Origin: a virus
IMG/VR virus record: IMGVR_UViG_3300004369_000010
Coordinates: 1-64,000 of that record
Strand: one strand, 5' to 3'
DNA length: 64,000 nt
In this document: positions 48,009 to 55,714 of the stretch, one piece after another
How the letters are laid out: the number at the start of each line of letters is the position of its first letter
How positions within the stretch are numbered: the stretch's first letter is position 1
Program-made: the position numbers and the translations under genes
The notes under the pieces: generated by a model
Seen by the model: only the letters and a program-made list of their open reading frames with translations
Told to the model about the DNA's origin: nothing
The model's database searches: none

Positions 48009-48293
48009 ATGGCAAACCACAACTACATCACCCAACTCCTAGAAAAAATACAACAACAAGAAAAAACAATCCAACAACAACACAACAGACTCACCACCCA
48101 AGAAAAAACCATACTCAACCTCATGCAAGAAATACAAGAAGCCGAAACAACAACAAAACAACTCACACACCACACACAACAACTCATCGACCACATCATC
48201 AAAACCAAACCCCCCATCCCCACACAAACCCTCCACAACCTCCAACAAACACTCACCGAAACAGAAACAATCCCCATCTACCAACACCCCTAA
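48009..48293 (+). CDS. Hypothetical Gln/Thr-rich coiled-coil protein
   Basis: MANHNYITQLLEKIQQQE...; lies in the A+C island. Confidence 0.4.
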   Translation: MANHNYITQLLEKIQQQEKTIQQQHNRLTTQEKTILNLMQEIQEAETTTKQLTHHTQQLIDHIIKTKPPIPTQTLHNLQQTLTETETIPIYQHP

Positions 48294-48296
48294 ACA

Positions 48297-48392
48297 ATGA
48301 CCAACAAAACCATCGACATCGCCCTCACCATCATCAGCGCCACCATCACACTCGCCATCCTCGTCACCATCGCAATCACCGGACGAGACTAA
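48297..48392 (+). CDS. Tiny membrane peptide (31 aa)
   Basis: MTNKTIDIALTIISATITLAILVTIAITGRD. Confidence 0.4.
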   Translation: MTNKTIDIALTIISATITLAILVTIAITGRD

Positions 48393-48519
48393 ACACACCC
48401 CACCCCAAACCAGATAAATCTAAACAGAATAAGCCCATAAGGGGCTGTAATTACTCCCCCCCATAGGTTGACGGCGGGTCGGAAGTCCCGTGACGTCGTT
48501 GGGTTGTTGGCTGCTGTTG

Positions 48520-48609
48520 TGTCGATGTTCCTGTCGATGTTCCTGTCGATGCTGCCTGTCGATGCTGCTGCTTGTTGCTGCTGCCCGTGTTGTGGCTGCC
48601 CGTGTTGTG
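48520..48609. repeat. Short direct repeats in the G+T-rich non-coding tract
   Basis: TGTCGATG x4 (48520, 48532, 48544, 48557); GCTGCCCGTGTTGTG x2 (48580, 48595). Confidence 0.8.
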
Positions 48610-48672
48610 TTGGTTGGTGTGTGGTTCGGGGGCGTGTTTGGGGAGGGTGTTTTTGGGTAGGGGTTGGTTGTG

Positions 48673-48701
48673 AGTGTATCCGCTCAGATGCGTCATGTCA
48701 A
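48673..48701 (-). promoter_or_regulatory. Leftward sigmaA-type promoter
   Basis: TTGACA-17-TACACT on the minus strand. Confidence 0.6.
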
Positions 48702-48737
48702 CTCGTTGGGGTGTGACATTGTTGACATGACTGGGGG

Positions 48738-48766
48738 TTGACATGGCTAGGGTGGTTTTGTAGTAT
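48738..48766 (+). promoter_or_regulatory. SigmaA-type promoter
   Basis: TTGACA-17-TAGTAT, followed by a hairpin, an RBS and ATG 48815. Confidence 0.7.
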
Positions 48767-48814
48767 CAATGTTGTTGGGAGAGAGGCTCCCCGAGAGGCA
48801 GAAAGGACAGTGCC

Positions 48815-49096
48815 ATGAAGGTCAATCTCAGAGAGTGGAAGGAGGGCGAGTTGATGGTCGGGTATCAGCAGTTTGAGAAGGACCTGGCCGACCTTGCTCG
48901 CCACGTGGAGCATTACCAGGGTCTCATCAAGGAGTGGGGCATTGAGCAGGTGGTCGCCCACTTCGCAGGCCTGGGCGCGGCCTCAGGGACCATCGGGTCG
49001 GAGTTCCATCGCATGGTGGCCGACGCAAATCGCCTGGTGGGAACCAAGTTCCTGGTCGGAGTCCTCCGAAACCAGGAAGAGCAGGCCGAGGCCTGA
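48815..49096 (+). CDS. Hypothetical protein
   Basis: Own promoter, AAAGGA RBS and downstream hairpin. Confidence 0.7.
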   Translation: MKVNLREWKEGELMVGYQQFEKDLADLARHVEHYQGLIKEWGIEQVVAHFAGLGAASGTIGSEFHRMVADANRLVGTKFLVGVLRNQEEQAEA

Positions 49097-49163
49097 GCGA
49101 CCGAGGGGGTCGGCCCGAAAGGGTCGGCCCTCGTCAGTTCCCCCCCAAAAAACCCAACAGGAG

Positions 49164-49192
49164 TTGACATGGACTGTGGGGTGGGGTACAGT
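49164..49192 (+). promoter_or_regulatory. SigmaA-type promoter
   Basis: TTGACA-17-TACAGT. Confidence 0.7.
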
Positions 49193-49240
49193 GAAACACA
49201 TCGGGAACACAAGGTTCCCACCGACACAAGGAGGCAACCA

Positions 49241-49408
49241 ATGAGCGGAACAGCAGACGGATGGCGTGACCCCGCACGAGACCACGCCCTCGCATTCACC
49301 CTGAAATGGGCAGAGCGAACAGGCAAAGACCCGCATGGGACAGAAGCCGAAGAAGTGTACGAGCAAGCGTTCCTGGATGCTTGTGACGCAATGGACGCAA
49401 GCCGATGA
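49241..49408 (+). CDS. Hypothetical protein
   Basis: AAGGAGG RBS; MSGTADGWRDPARDHAL... Confidence 0.65.
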   Translation: MSGTADGWRDPARDHALAFTLKWAERTGKDPHGTEAEEVYEQAFLDACDAMDASR

Positions 49409-49575
49409 GATACGACATCAAACAGAACTACGACACCGGTCTCTACCATGTCGTGGACACAGCCTGTGGCAACGCCCCCCTGTGGGGTGAAGAGTACGCC
49501 GACCGAAGCGAAGCCGTGAAGCGAGCCAAGCAGTTGGATCGGACAGCATTACCGATTCCGAGAAGGAGTCGTTGA
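49405..49575 (+). CDS. Hypothetical protein (56 aa, not in the ORF track)
   Basis: ATGA overlap; MRYDIKQNYDTGLYHVVDTACG... Confidence 0.55.
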   Translation: MRYDIKQNYDTGLYHVVDTACGNAPLWGEEYADRSEAVKRAKQLDRTALPIPRRSR

Positions 49576-49787
49576 GTCTCACAGCGTAAGGGCGACACGT
49601 CGTCAGGCACTGGCGTCAAACCATGGAGCGGCTCTCATACCGTCCCTGTACCCCTCAGAGCGGGGTCTCCTAATGCCAGAAGCGTCACCCTCCGCCTCTC
49701 ACCCTATGCCTCGGGGTGAAGACGGCGACATGACGACACCACCTCCATGGGACGCACCCCTCGCCGCAAGGCGGGGGGTGTTCTCAT

Positions 49788-50039
49788 TCACAGACCGAAA
49801 CGACGGAACAGATCAGCCCTCTCCGGAAGCCACCGAAACAAGTGACCCGTCAGATACGCCCAGAACAACACCAAGCCAGGACGCCCCAACCGCCGAAGCG
49901 ACATCCGATGGAACGACGCCGACATCGTCGGCTGCCCAACCCGGATCGCAACCAGATCGTAGATGGCGATGTAGACAGCCAACCCACCCCAAGCCAACAA
50001 GCCCACATCGACAGGGGCGGGACTCTTACCTTGCGTCAT
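49788..50039 (-). CDS. Small membrane protein
   Basis: LAWGGLAVYIAIYD...TMS...WAYLTGHL. Confidence 0.6.
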   Translation of the reverse strand: MTQGKSPAPVDVGLLAWGGLAVYIAIYDLVAIRVGQPTMSASFHRMSLRRLGRPGLVLFWAYLTGHLFRWLPERADLFRRFGL

Positions 50040-50184
50040 GCGTGCGAAGAGGATGGCCCGGAGGGAGCAGCTGACGTTTCTTCCCGGCTTTCGTACCGGC
50101 AACAGTTTCGACTTCACCGGTTTGCGGGTTGACCCGAGTGCGGCCACCACCGGAGCCGCCATTGCCTTTCCTGCTCTTACCCAT
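50026..50184 (-). CDS. Small basic protein (52 aa, not in the ORF track)
   Basis: GGAGG before ATG; MGKSRKGNGGSGGGRTRVNPQTGEVE... Confidence 0.5.
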   Translation of the reverse strand: MGKSRKGNGGSGGGRTRVNPQTGEVETVAGTKAGKKRQLLPPGHPLRTHDAR

Positions 50185-50223
50185 GCCTCCCAGTATGACG
50201 CATCACATCAGGAGTCCCGTGGA

Positions 50224-50553
50224 TCATCGATTGTCTCCATCGCCGCTGATCGTCCCAGCAGCTTGTCGAGCAGCTAGTTTCGACAAGTTGAATCGAGCGA
50301 TGTCGTTGAGATCGACACCGAGTTGTTCGGCAAGTTGAGCGCAATACCAGAGAACATCACCGATCTCAGCGCAGATGCGGGTTTGTTGATCCTCATCGAA
50401 GACGCTGTTGTTGTCTCGGATCGTTTTCTTGACTTTCCCAGCGACCTCTCCAGCCTCGGACACCAAGCCAAGTGCCAGATAGTAGATGCCTTCGTTCCCT
50501 TTCGGGTAGTGGGCTGTTGTGTTTGACGCGCTTTGGTACACACTGAAGTCCAT
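50224..50553 (-). CDS. MazG-like nucleotide pyrophosphohydrolase
   Basis: LGLVSEAGEVAGKVKK...EIGDVLWY...NLSKL; start MDFSVYQ. Confidence 0.88.
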   Translation of the reverse strand: MDFSVYQSASNTTAHYPKGNEGIYYLALGLVSEAGEVAGKVKKTIRDNNSVFDEDQQTRICAEIGDVLWYCAQLAEQLGVDLNDIARFNLSKLAARQAAGTISGDGDNR

Positions 50554-50570
50554 ATTGATCCTTTTGACAG

Positions 50571-50645
50571 TCCCCAGACAGGGAGTTGAACCCTGAAAGC
50601 GGGTGTTTATAAGACACCCCGCCCCAACCGGGAGCACCCCTGGGG
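50571..50645 (-). tRNA. Atypical tRNA-Ile(UAU)
   Basis: Acceptor CCCCAGG/TCTGGGG-A; D stem GCTC/GGGC; anticodon arm GGTGT-CTTATAA-ACACC; T arm CAGGG-TTCAACT-CCCTG; no encoded CCA. Confidence 0.75.
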
Positions 50646-50651
50646 GCGGGT

Positions 50652-51305
50652 CTACTGTAGCCCAAATCTCCAGTTGAGGAAAACGCCTGCTTCATCAGAC
50701 AAGCCCATTGACAGGGCGAGATGGGCGGCGTCAGGGTCATCCCAGTCGGTGGTGTCGTCAAGTAGTGCTCCGGTGAGTACCTCAACATATTCGTTGTTTC
50801 TGAGCGTTTCTGGGCCTTCTGAGTGAAGAAGTGTGCCCCAAATCAACGACTTTCGGGATTTAGCAGTAAATGGCAAGCCGCAGATGTGAAGTCCATCACC
50901 CCCATCTTCAACATGAACCACCGACACACACTCGGTCACCCGCCCCTTCTTGTCCTCCAAATACGCTTCAGCCAGATCCTTCCCTTTTGAGAACTCCGGA
51001 TCGCTCGACATCCAGCCCTCCGCCAAAATACTGAACGCATCACACCCCCAACCTTTGCGCATCACAGCAGCAGCAGTCCCGATGCGCCACACCTTCTCCT
51101 CTTCATCAGTTGAATCCCCCCACGCTTCATCGAGCTGAGCAACAACCTTCAAATAGTCGCCCCTCCAGCCCATCACGTTGATTGACAGTTGCTCCCCGAT
51201 CCCAAACTCGGACAACAAATGCTCTTTTGCTGATTTGCCGACAGCCACAGCCAGGGAAACCTTGGCAACAGAGTCCGGATAGATGCCTTCCACACGACGC
51301 ACCAT
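50652..51305 (-). CDS. Hypothetical protein
   Basis: 217-aa ORF with a GAAAGGG RBS. Confidence 0.6.
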   Translation of the reverse strand: MVRRVEGIYPDSVAKVSLAVAVGKSAKEHLLSEFGIGEQLSINVMGWRGDYLKVVAQLDEAWGDSTDEEEKVWRIGTAAAVMRKGWGCDAFSILAEGWMSSDPEFSKGKDLAEAYLEDKKGRVTECVSVVHVEDGGDGLHICGLPFTAKSRKSLIWGTLLHSEGPETLRNNEYVEVLTGALLDDTTDWDDPDAAHLALSMGLSDEAGVFLNWRFGLQ

Positions 51306-51372
51306 ACCCTTTCAGATGGATTTACAGTGGACTTCCACTATCGAGTCCGTAGAAGTGACTAAGGTGTACCTC

Positions 51373-51621
51373 ATGGTTGACAAGAACACCCCCAAGAAGA
51401 AGGCTGCTCCGAAGAAGGCAGCCGCCAAGAAGAAAGCCGCTCCAAAGAAAGTAGCCCCCAAGAAGGCTGAGTTCAAGGAGAACGCCAAAGATGGAGACGG
51501 CGATGGTCTCGTTCAGGACGGAACAATCCATGAACGCCCCTCCTCCAATGTGATTCGAACCAATGATGTGAAGAAGGCTTCGCTTCGAACACGTATGGCG
51601 AAGTGGTTCAAGCGCGGCTGA
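51373..51621 (+). CDS. Histone H1-like Lys/Ala-rich protein with a DGDGDG..ERP motif
   Basis: KKKAAPKKAAAKKKAAPKKVAPKK followed by NAKDGDGDGLVQDGTIHERP. Confidence 0.7.
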   Translation: MVDKNTPKKKAAPKKAAAKKKAAPKKVAPKKAEFKENAKDGDGDGLVQDGTIHERPSSNVIRTNDVKKASLRTRMAKWFKRG

Positions 51622-52048
51622 GAATCAAACGGATCTCGTCAGCTGACAGCAGCACAACCGCATAGGACAGGTTGAGAGTCCCGTCGTCGTCTTCTAACAC
51701 AACATCAACAGCTTCTGGAGAAACTCCGAATGTCGATACCAACGCGGCTTTGATCACCGCGGCTTCTCGTTCGGACATCGCCACCTGATGTGCGAGTTGA
51801 TCCAGAATTGAGGAATACTCATCGAATTGGTCGTTGTCAACCTGTTCATTGAGATTTTTTTGATGTTTTTCGGCGAGAACACAGCCCGTACACGCCATTT
51901 CTTCAGTTGAAGCAGCTCTTTTGCGTCGTTCAATGTGGCCGCAGTCAAGTCGATGCTCGTATTCAACTCGACCCCATGATCCCGTGCGGCTGATCTCAAC
52001 AACGCGGCGTCGAGGAGCAGCTTTTCGACTTATTGGCTCGCCAGCCAC
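51608..52048 (-). CDS. Hypothetical Zn-binding protein (start uncertain)
   Basis: LDCGH...ACTGC. Confidence 0.55.
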   Translation of the reverse strand: MAGEPISRKAAPRRRVVEISRTGSWGRVEYEHRLDCGHIERRKRAASTEEMACTGCVLAEKHQKNLNEQVDNDQFDEYSSILDQLAHQVAMSEREAAVIKAALVSTFGVSPEAVDVVLEDDDGTLNLSYAVVLLSADEIRLILSRA

Positions 52049-52383
52049 GCTTTGCCTTCTCGAACAGCGTCCGCAAGTCCCGCTCCCCAAGGGAATGCGA
52101 GTTGGATCGCCCACTTCTTTCCCATCCATCCTGGCAGCTCATTGTTCCCTTCGATAAACGGGGGTAGTTCAGCTGCGAGTTGTTCAGCTGCTTGTTGGAT
52201 GCGTTGTTGCTCAGCGATCCAGCTTTTGAGGAGGGGGGTGGGTTCTGTGTCCGGTAGCGAGTTTGCTATTTCGTTGGCGATCTCTTTCGGTGGGAACAGC
52301 ATTTGTCCTTCCTCCGAGGTCGGATCTACACCGGCTTGCTCCATAGCCATCAGGTTGAACAGGACTTCCATAACTTCATTCAT
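52030..52383 (-). CDS. Hypothetical protein
   Basis: TAAGGT -10 lies 7 nt before the ATG. Confidence 0.55.
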   Translation of the reverse strand: MNEVMEVLFNLMAMEQAGVDPTSEEGQMLFPPKEIANEIANSLPDTEPTPLLKSWIAEQQRIQQAAEQLAAELPPFIEGNNELPGWMGKKWAIQLAFPWGAGLADAVREGKAWLASQ

Positions 52384-52455
52384 AGTGTCTACCTTAGTCA
52401 AAAAAGTTTGAGGGTAATGCTTGACACCGGATGTCGTTCTTCATATGTTGAGGTC

Positions 52456-52716
52456 ATGACCTACTACCACACATCACATCCGCCGATTTACTACAAGATA
52501 CGAACAGTTGTTCGTTGCGTCTTTTGGGGTTCCGTTGGTGCTGGCTTGATGGCCTTCGCCTCCTGGTTCTCCCAGTTGGATGACAAGCCTGCTTGTCCGA
52601 TCACTCTGAACAGCGACTTCACATATGAGGCATCCCAGTCGTTTGAGGTTGCCTCGTGTGACCCCGGCAGGAATGTTGTTCTGGTGGATAACACCAGGTG
52701 GGAATGGGAAATCTAA
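52456..52716 (+). CDS. Membrane-anchored hypothetical protein
   Basis: Leaderless promoter TTGACA(52421)-17-TATGTT-6-ATG; one TM segment. Confidence 0.6.
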   Translation: MTYYHTSHPPIYYKIRTVVRCVFWGSVGAGLMAFASWFSQLDDKPACPITLNSDFTYEASQSFEVASCDPGRNVVLVDNTRWEWEI

Positions 52717-52792
52717 AAAGTTTTCTTTCTGAGTTGTATTCTTACACCTAACGCATTACTATCTTTCCCATACCTACTATCAAAGGAATGGA

Positions 52793-52966
52793 ATGACGCT
52801 CAACCAGAACGACATCAACAAAGAAGCAAAGAAACTCATCGACGAAGCACTTGCCGACTACTCCGGTGTGAACTTCGTAGAGGCAGGAGACATCACGAAC
52901 CTTCTCCTTGACCTCCGACTTCTATTCGCCGAGGAGGTGACAACAGTTGGAAACACAGACGCTTGA
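52793..52966 (+). CDS. Hypothetical protein (57 aa, not in the ORF track)
   Basis: AAAGGA RBS; MTLNQNDINKEAKKLIDEAL... Confidence 0.55.
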   Translation: MTLNQNDINKEAKKLIDEALADYSGVNFVEAGDITNLLLDLRLLFAEEVTTVGNTDA

Positions 52967-53183
52967 TTACGGCGGGTTCCTACGACTCGTCGCCGACATC
53001 CACGGACAACTCCGCCACGAGGTCGGCCCGGACATTCGATACGGACAAACACTCTTCAATGTCCTCACCAAGGTACGACCTGACATCGCAGAAGAACTGA
53101 GGGGAACGAAACTAGACCCCTTCCACAAGACGGGCGAACACATCCTGCCCGAAACATACAAGTTCATCCATGATCTCTGGTAG
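52947..53183 (+). CDS. Hypothetical protein
   Basis: GGAGG RBS; IRYGQTLFNVL...DPF motif. Confidence 0.6.
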   Translation: METQTLDYGGFLRLVADIHGQLRHEVGPDIRYGQTLFNVLTKVRPDIAEELRGTKLDPFHKTGEHILPETYKFIHDLW

Positions 53184-53203
53184 GTAGTAGGTACCCCAGA
53201 AAA

Positions 53204-53244
53204 GAAGAACCCCCCGTCGAACCCTTGCCGACGGGGGGTTTCTT
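53204..53244. terminator. Bidirectional terminator between convergent genes
   Basis: GAAGAACCCCCCGTCG...CGACGGGGGGTTTCTTC. Confidence 0.7.
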
Positions 53245-53260
53245 CATCTCCGACAAGAGA

Positions 53261-53695
53261 TCAGAACGGCTCCGAGTCCTCCAGAACCTGACTCGGACGA
53301 CCCTTCGTCGGAACTCGACGAGCCTGACCGCCTTCGGCTGCCCGACGACTACGAACAATTGACTCCAAAGCCCTGGTCGAGATCGCAACATCATCGGCGA
53401 CAAGTTCAACAACCGACCGGTTCTGGCCTTCCTTGTCCTGATAGGTACGCTGCTCCAAGCGGCCAGTCACAATGACTCGAATGCCCTTCTCCAGAACATT
53501 CGCCGCCTCCTCAGCAAGGTTTCGCCAAGCAACCACATTGAAAAACGAGGTTTTCTCCTGCTTTTCACCGGACTGATCCGTCCAATAGTGATTACAAGCG
53601 ATACTGAACGACAACTTTGCCGCTCCAGTCGACGTGAACTTCAAATCGGGGTCCTGAGTGACATTCCCGGTAAGTGTGGTGGGACTAGCTGACAT
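53261..53695 (-). CDS. ssb: Single-stranded DNA-binding protein
   Basis: LTGNVTQDPDLKFT...FFNVVAWRNLAE...VTGRLEQR; acidic C-terminus ending EPF. Confidence 0.93.
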   Translation of the reverse strand: MSASPTTLTGNVTQDPDLKFTSTGAAKLSFSIACNHYWTDQSGEKQEKTSFFNVVAWRNLAEEAANVLEKGIRVIVTGRLEQRTYQDKEGQNRSVVELVADDVAISTRALESIVRSRRAAEGGQARRVPTKGRPSQVLEDSEPF

Positions 53696-53803
53696 TATCT
53701 ACGGATCCTCCGTGTTTCATGCCCCAACGGGACTGCTGGGGTCTGAGGGACAGACTAGCCGATGTTCCACCCCGGCAGCAACAGTTCTGGTAGATTTCTC
53801 AAC

Positions 53804-54025
53804 ATGGACGCAGACCTTGAAGCCGAGATTCGACTGTGGGCGATCACCAAAATCGCTGAAGTTCTCACAGATTTGGCTGACGACCCTGATGAAGACGAAC
53901 CCATCGACCGGGAAGAACTATTTGACCAGTTGAAGTCCGTCGGCGAAATGATCTTTGATGCGTTGAACATCGAAATCTTGTCATCCGACGGGCGGCGGGC
54001 AACAGCCACATTCGGTGATGACTAA
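53804..54025 (+). CDS. Hypothetical acidic protein
   Basis: TAGATT -10 lies 7 nt before the ATG. Confidence 0.55.
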   Translation: MDADLEAEIRLWAITKIAEVLTDLADDPDEDEPIDREELFDQLKSVGEMIFDALNIEILSSDGRRATATFGDD

Positions 54026-54078
54026 CCGGAAATGCCCTGAATGCGACGGGGTATACGACCCCGATCATGAGGATCACA

Positions 54079-54477
54079 TCACAGTAGAGGGTCGCCCGCT
54101 CCAGACCTGCCTTCGCCTCGAACAACCTGCTCGATCGCCTTCGATGCCGCCAGACCAGACTTCTCGATAGTGTCCTGAACGAACTCATCCCAAGCTTCGG
54201 TCATCTGAATCTTCGTCATAATGTCGTCGTCAAAAGTCCCGTGCTTCTCAAAGAGGTAGTTGTCGACTTCGTTTCGTTCGAGAACGATCAAGGATGCGAA
54301 CTTCTCAACGTTGTCGACGGCGACCAGGAGATCGACGAGGGCCATGTCTCCGAACTTCTTGTGGAACTCTCGTACGAGACCGGCTGCTGCTTGTCGACGG
54401 AATACGGCTTCCGGGTCAATAGCCGCATACACCAAAGCGTTGATTTGTTCCGGTGTCAAAGCCTCATCGTCATCCAT
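54079..54477 (-). CDS. Hypothetical protein
   Basis: ORF with coding-like composition. Confidence 0.55.
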   Translation of the reverse strand: MDDDEALTPEQINALVYAAIDPEAVFRRQAAAGLVREFHKKFGDMALVDLLVAVDNVEKFASLIVLERNEVDNYLFEKHGTFDDDIMTKIQMTEAWDEFVQDTIEKSGLAASKAIEQVVRGEGRSGAGDPLL

Positions 54478-54545
54478 TATTGCCCCTAAACGACAAAGTG
54501 GGGTGGTTTCCCACCCCAACATTGTAGTTCAGTTTTGTTGTTCGG

Positions 54546-55574
54546 TCAGACGAGTGACAGTACCGCTTCCTGAGCGGTGATTTTGGTTCGTGTGACCCAA
54601 CTGTTGTCATCCAAAGAGGCCATAGCCCGATCCTTCGGGTCGGCTTCCCGGTGATGATCCAGGTATTCGCCAATAGCGTTGTAGATCGCCCAACCGTTGT
54701 AGCCGAAACCACCAGCGTTCTTATCTGACGAGTAAATCGCTCGAATCAGCAAGTTCTGGTCATCTCGGTTCTTTTTCTGACGCTCGGTCTCACCCTTCTT
54801 CGCAGGGAACACCTTGTTGAGGACTGTGTCCAACTGGGGGGATGATGCCGGTACAGGCACACGGAGCATCTGCTCGGCCATCACCTTGAATGACTTCGCC
54901 CATTCCGTGGAAATGTGAAGAACTTCCTGAGCGTCATCAAATGCTGAGTCAATGTTCTTGGTGTGGCGTGCCACGAACACACGTTCGGCGTTGTGGAGAC
55001 CCAGTCGGACTGTGTTGTTACACACCGCCCTGATGTCTGTGTTGGCGTAACGAACCGGCCATACGCCGTCGTGACCCGTGGACACAACGAGGTAACGGGC
55101 GATCCGGTCGTTCACGCCGGTCGGGTCAATGACGAGGGGGCCGAGATCAAGGGTCATGAAGAACCGCTTGCCATCTAGGAGCACACCGGCTGTGTCAACG
55201 ACGGCATCTCCAGCGGATGCTCCGACGACGGCGAGAGCACGCTCGGCGACCTCCATGTTCTGTTTCACGGTGTATCGGGTTCCGACCGTTGCCAATCCGT
55301 CGAATGTTCCGTCGGTGTTGGCTCGGATGGTGGCCCGACTGTCGTCAATCAGGACGGGTGTGCCGTCGGGGTTGCGGAGAATGTTGCCGTCTTCATCGCA
55401 GGCGACGACCCGGACGATCCGGACCTCGTAGTCGGCTTCGGCGGCCTTCAGCATCTCCTCGGCGGTTGCCAACCCTTTCAGGGGTGTTCCTAGGCGATGC
55501 CAGGGAACTCCTCCGGTGGCGGCGTAGGCGAACTTGGCTGTGCCGTCGGCCTTTATTTCTAGTTCGTGACTCAT
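54546..55574 (-). CDS. DUF932/DUF945 phage-plasmid protein (TIGR03299-like)
   Basis: PWHRLG, YTVKQN, TAGVLLDGKR, GHDG, RAVCNNT, RHT and WAIYNAIGEYLDH. Confidence 0.85.
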   Translation of the reverse strand: MSHELEIKADGTAKFAYAATGGVPWHRLGTPLKGLATAEEMLKAAEADYEVRIVRVVACDEDGNILRNPDGTPVLIDDSRATIRANTDGTFDGLATVGTRYTVKQNMEVAERALAVVGASAGDAVVDTAGVLLDGKRFFMTLDLGPLVIDPTGVNDRIARYLVVSTGHDGVWPVRYANTDIRAVCNNTVRLGLHNAERVFVARHTKNIDSAFDDAQEVLHISTEWAKSFKVMAEQMLRVPVPASSPQLDTVLNKVFPAKKGETERQKKNRDDQNLLIRAIYSSDKNAGGFGYNGWAIYNAIGEYLDHHREADPKDRAMASLDDNSWVTRTKITAQEAVLSLV

Positions 55575-55714
55575 GTGTCCTCCTTCAGAGGTCTAGTAGG
55601 TAAATCTATCGGAGCCGAGTGTACCCTCTCCTCTCCCCTAAATCAAACCAGAAAGTCAGAAAGATTTCTGAGAAAACAGTTGACATGGATACACAGGGTG
55701 GGTATGCTCCACTC

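Noticed and set aside
47637-48744. Long low-complexity ORFs (47637 5' extension, 47662-47892, 48023-48398 minus, 48451-48744, 48468-48716)
   Set aside because: Stop codons are rare by chance in extremely AC- or GT-skewed DNA, and the translations look compositional.
50554-50637. N-terminal extension of the MazG ORF given in the track
   Set aside because: It overlaps the tRNA cloverleaf; the likely start is ATG 50553.
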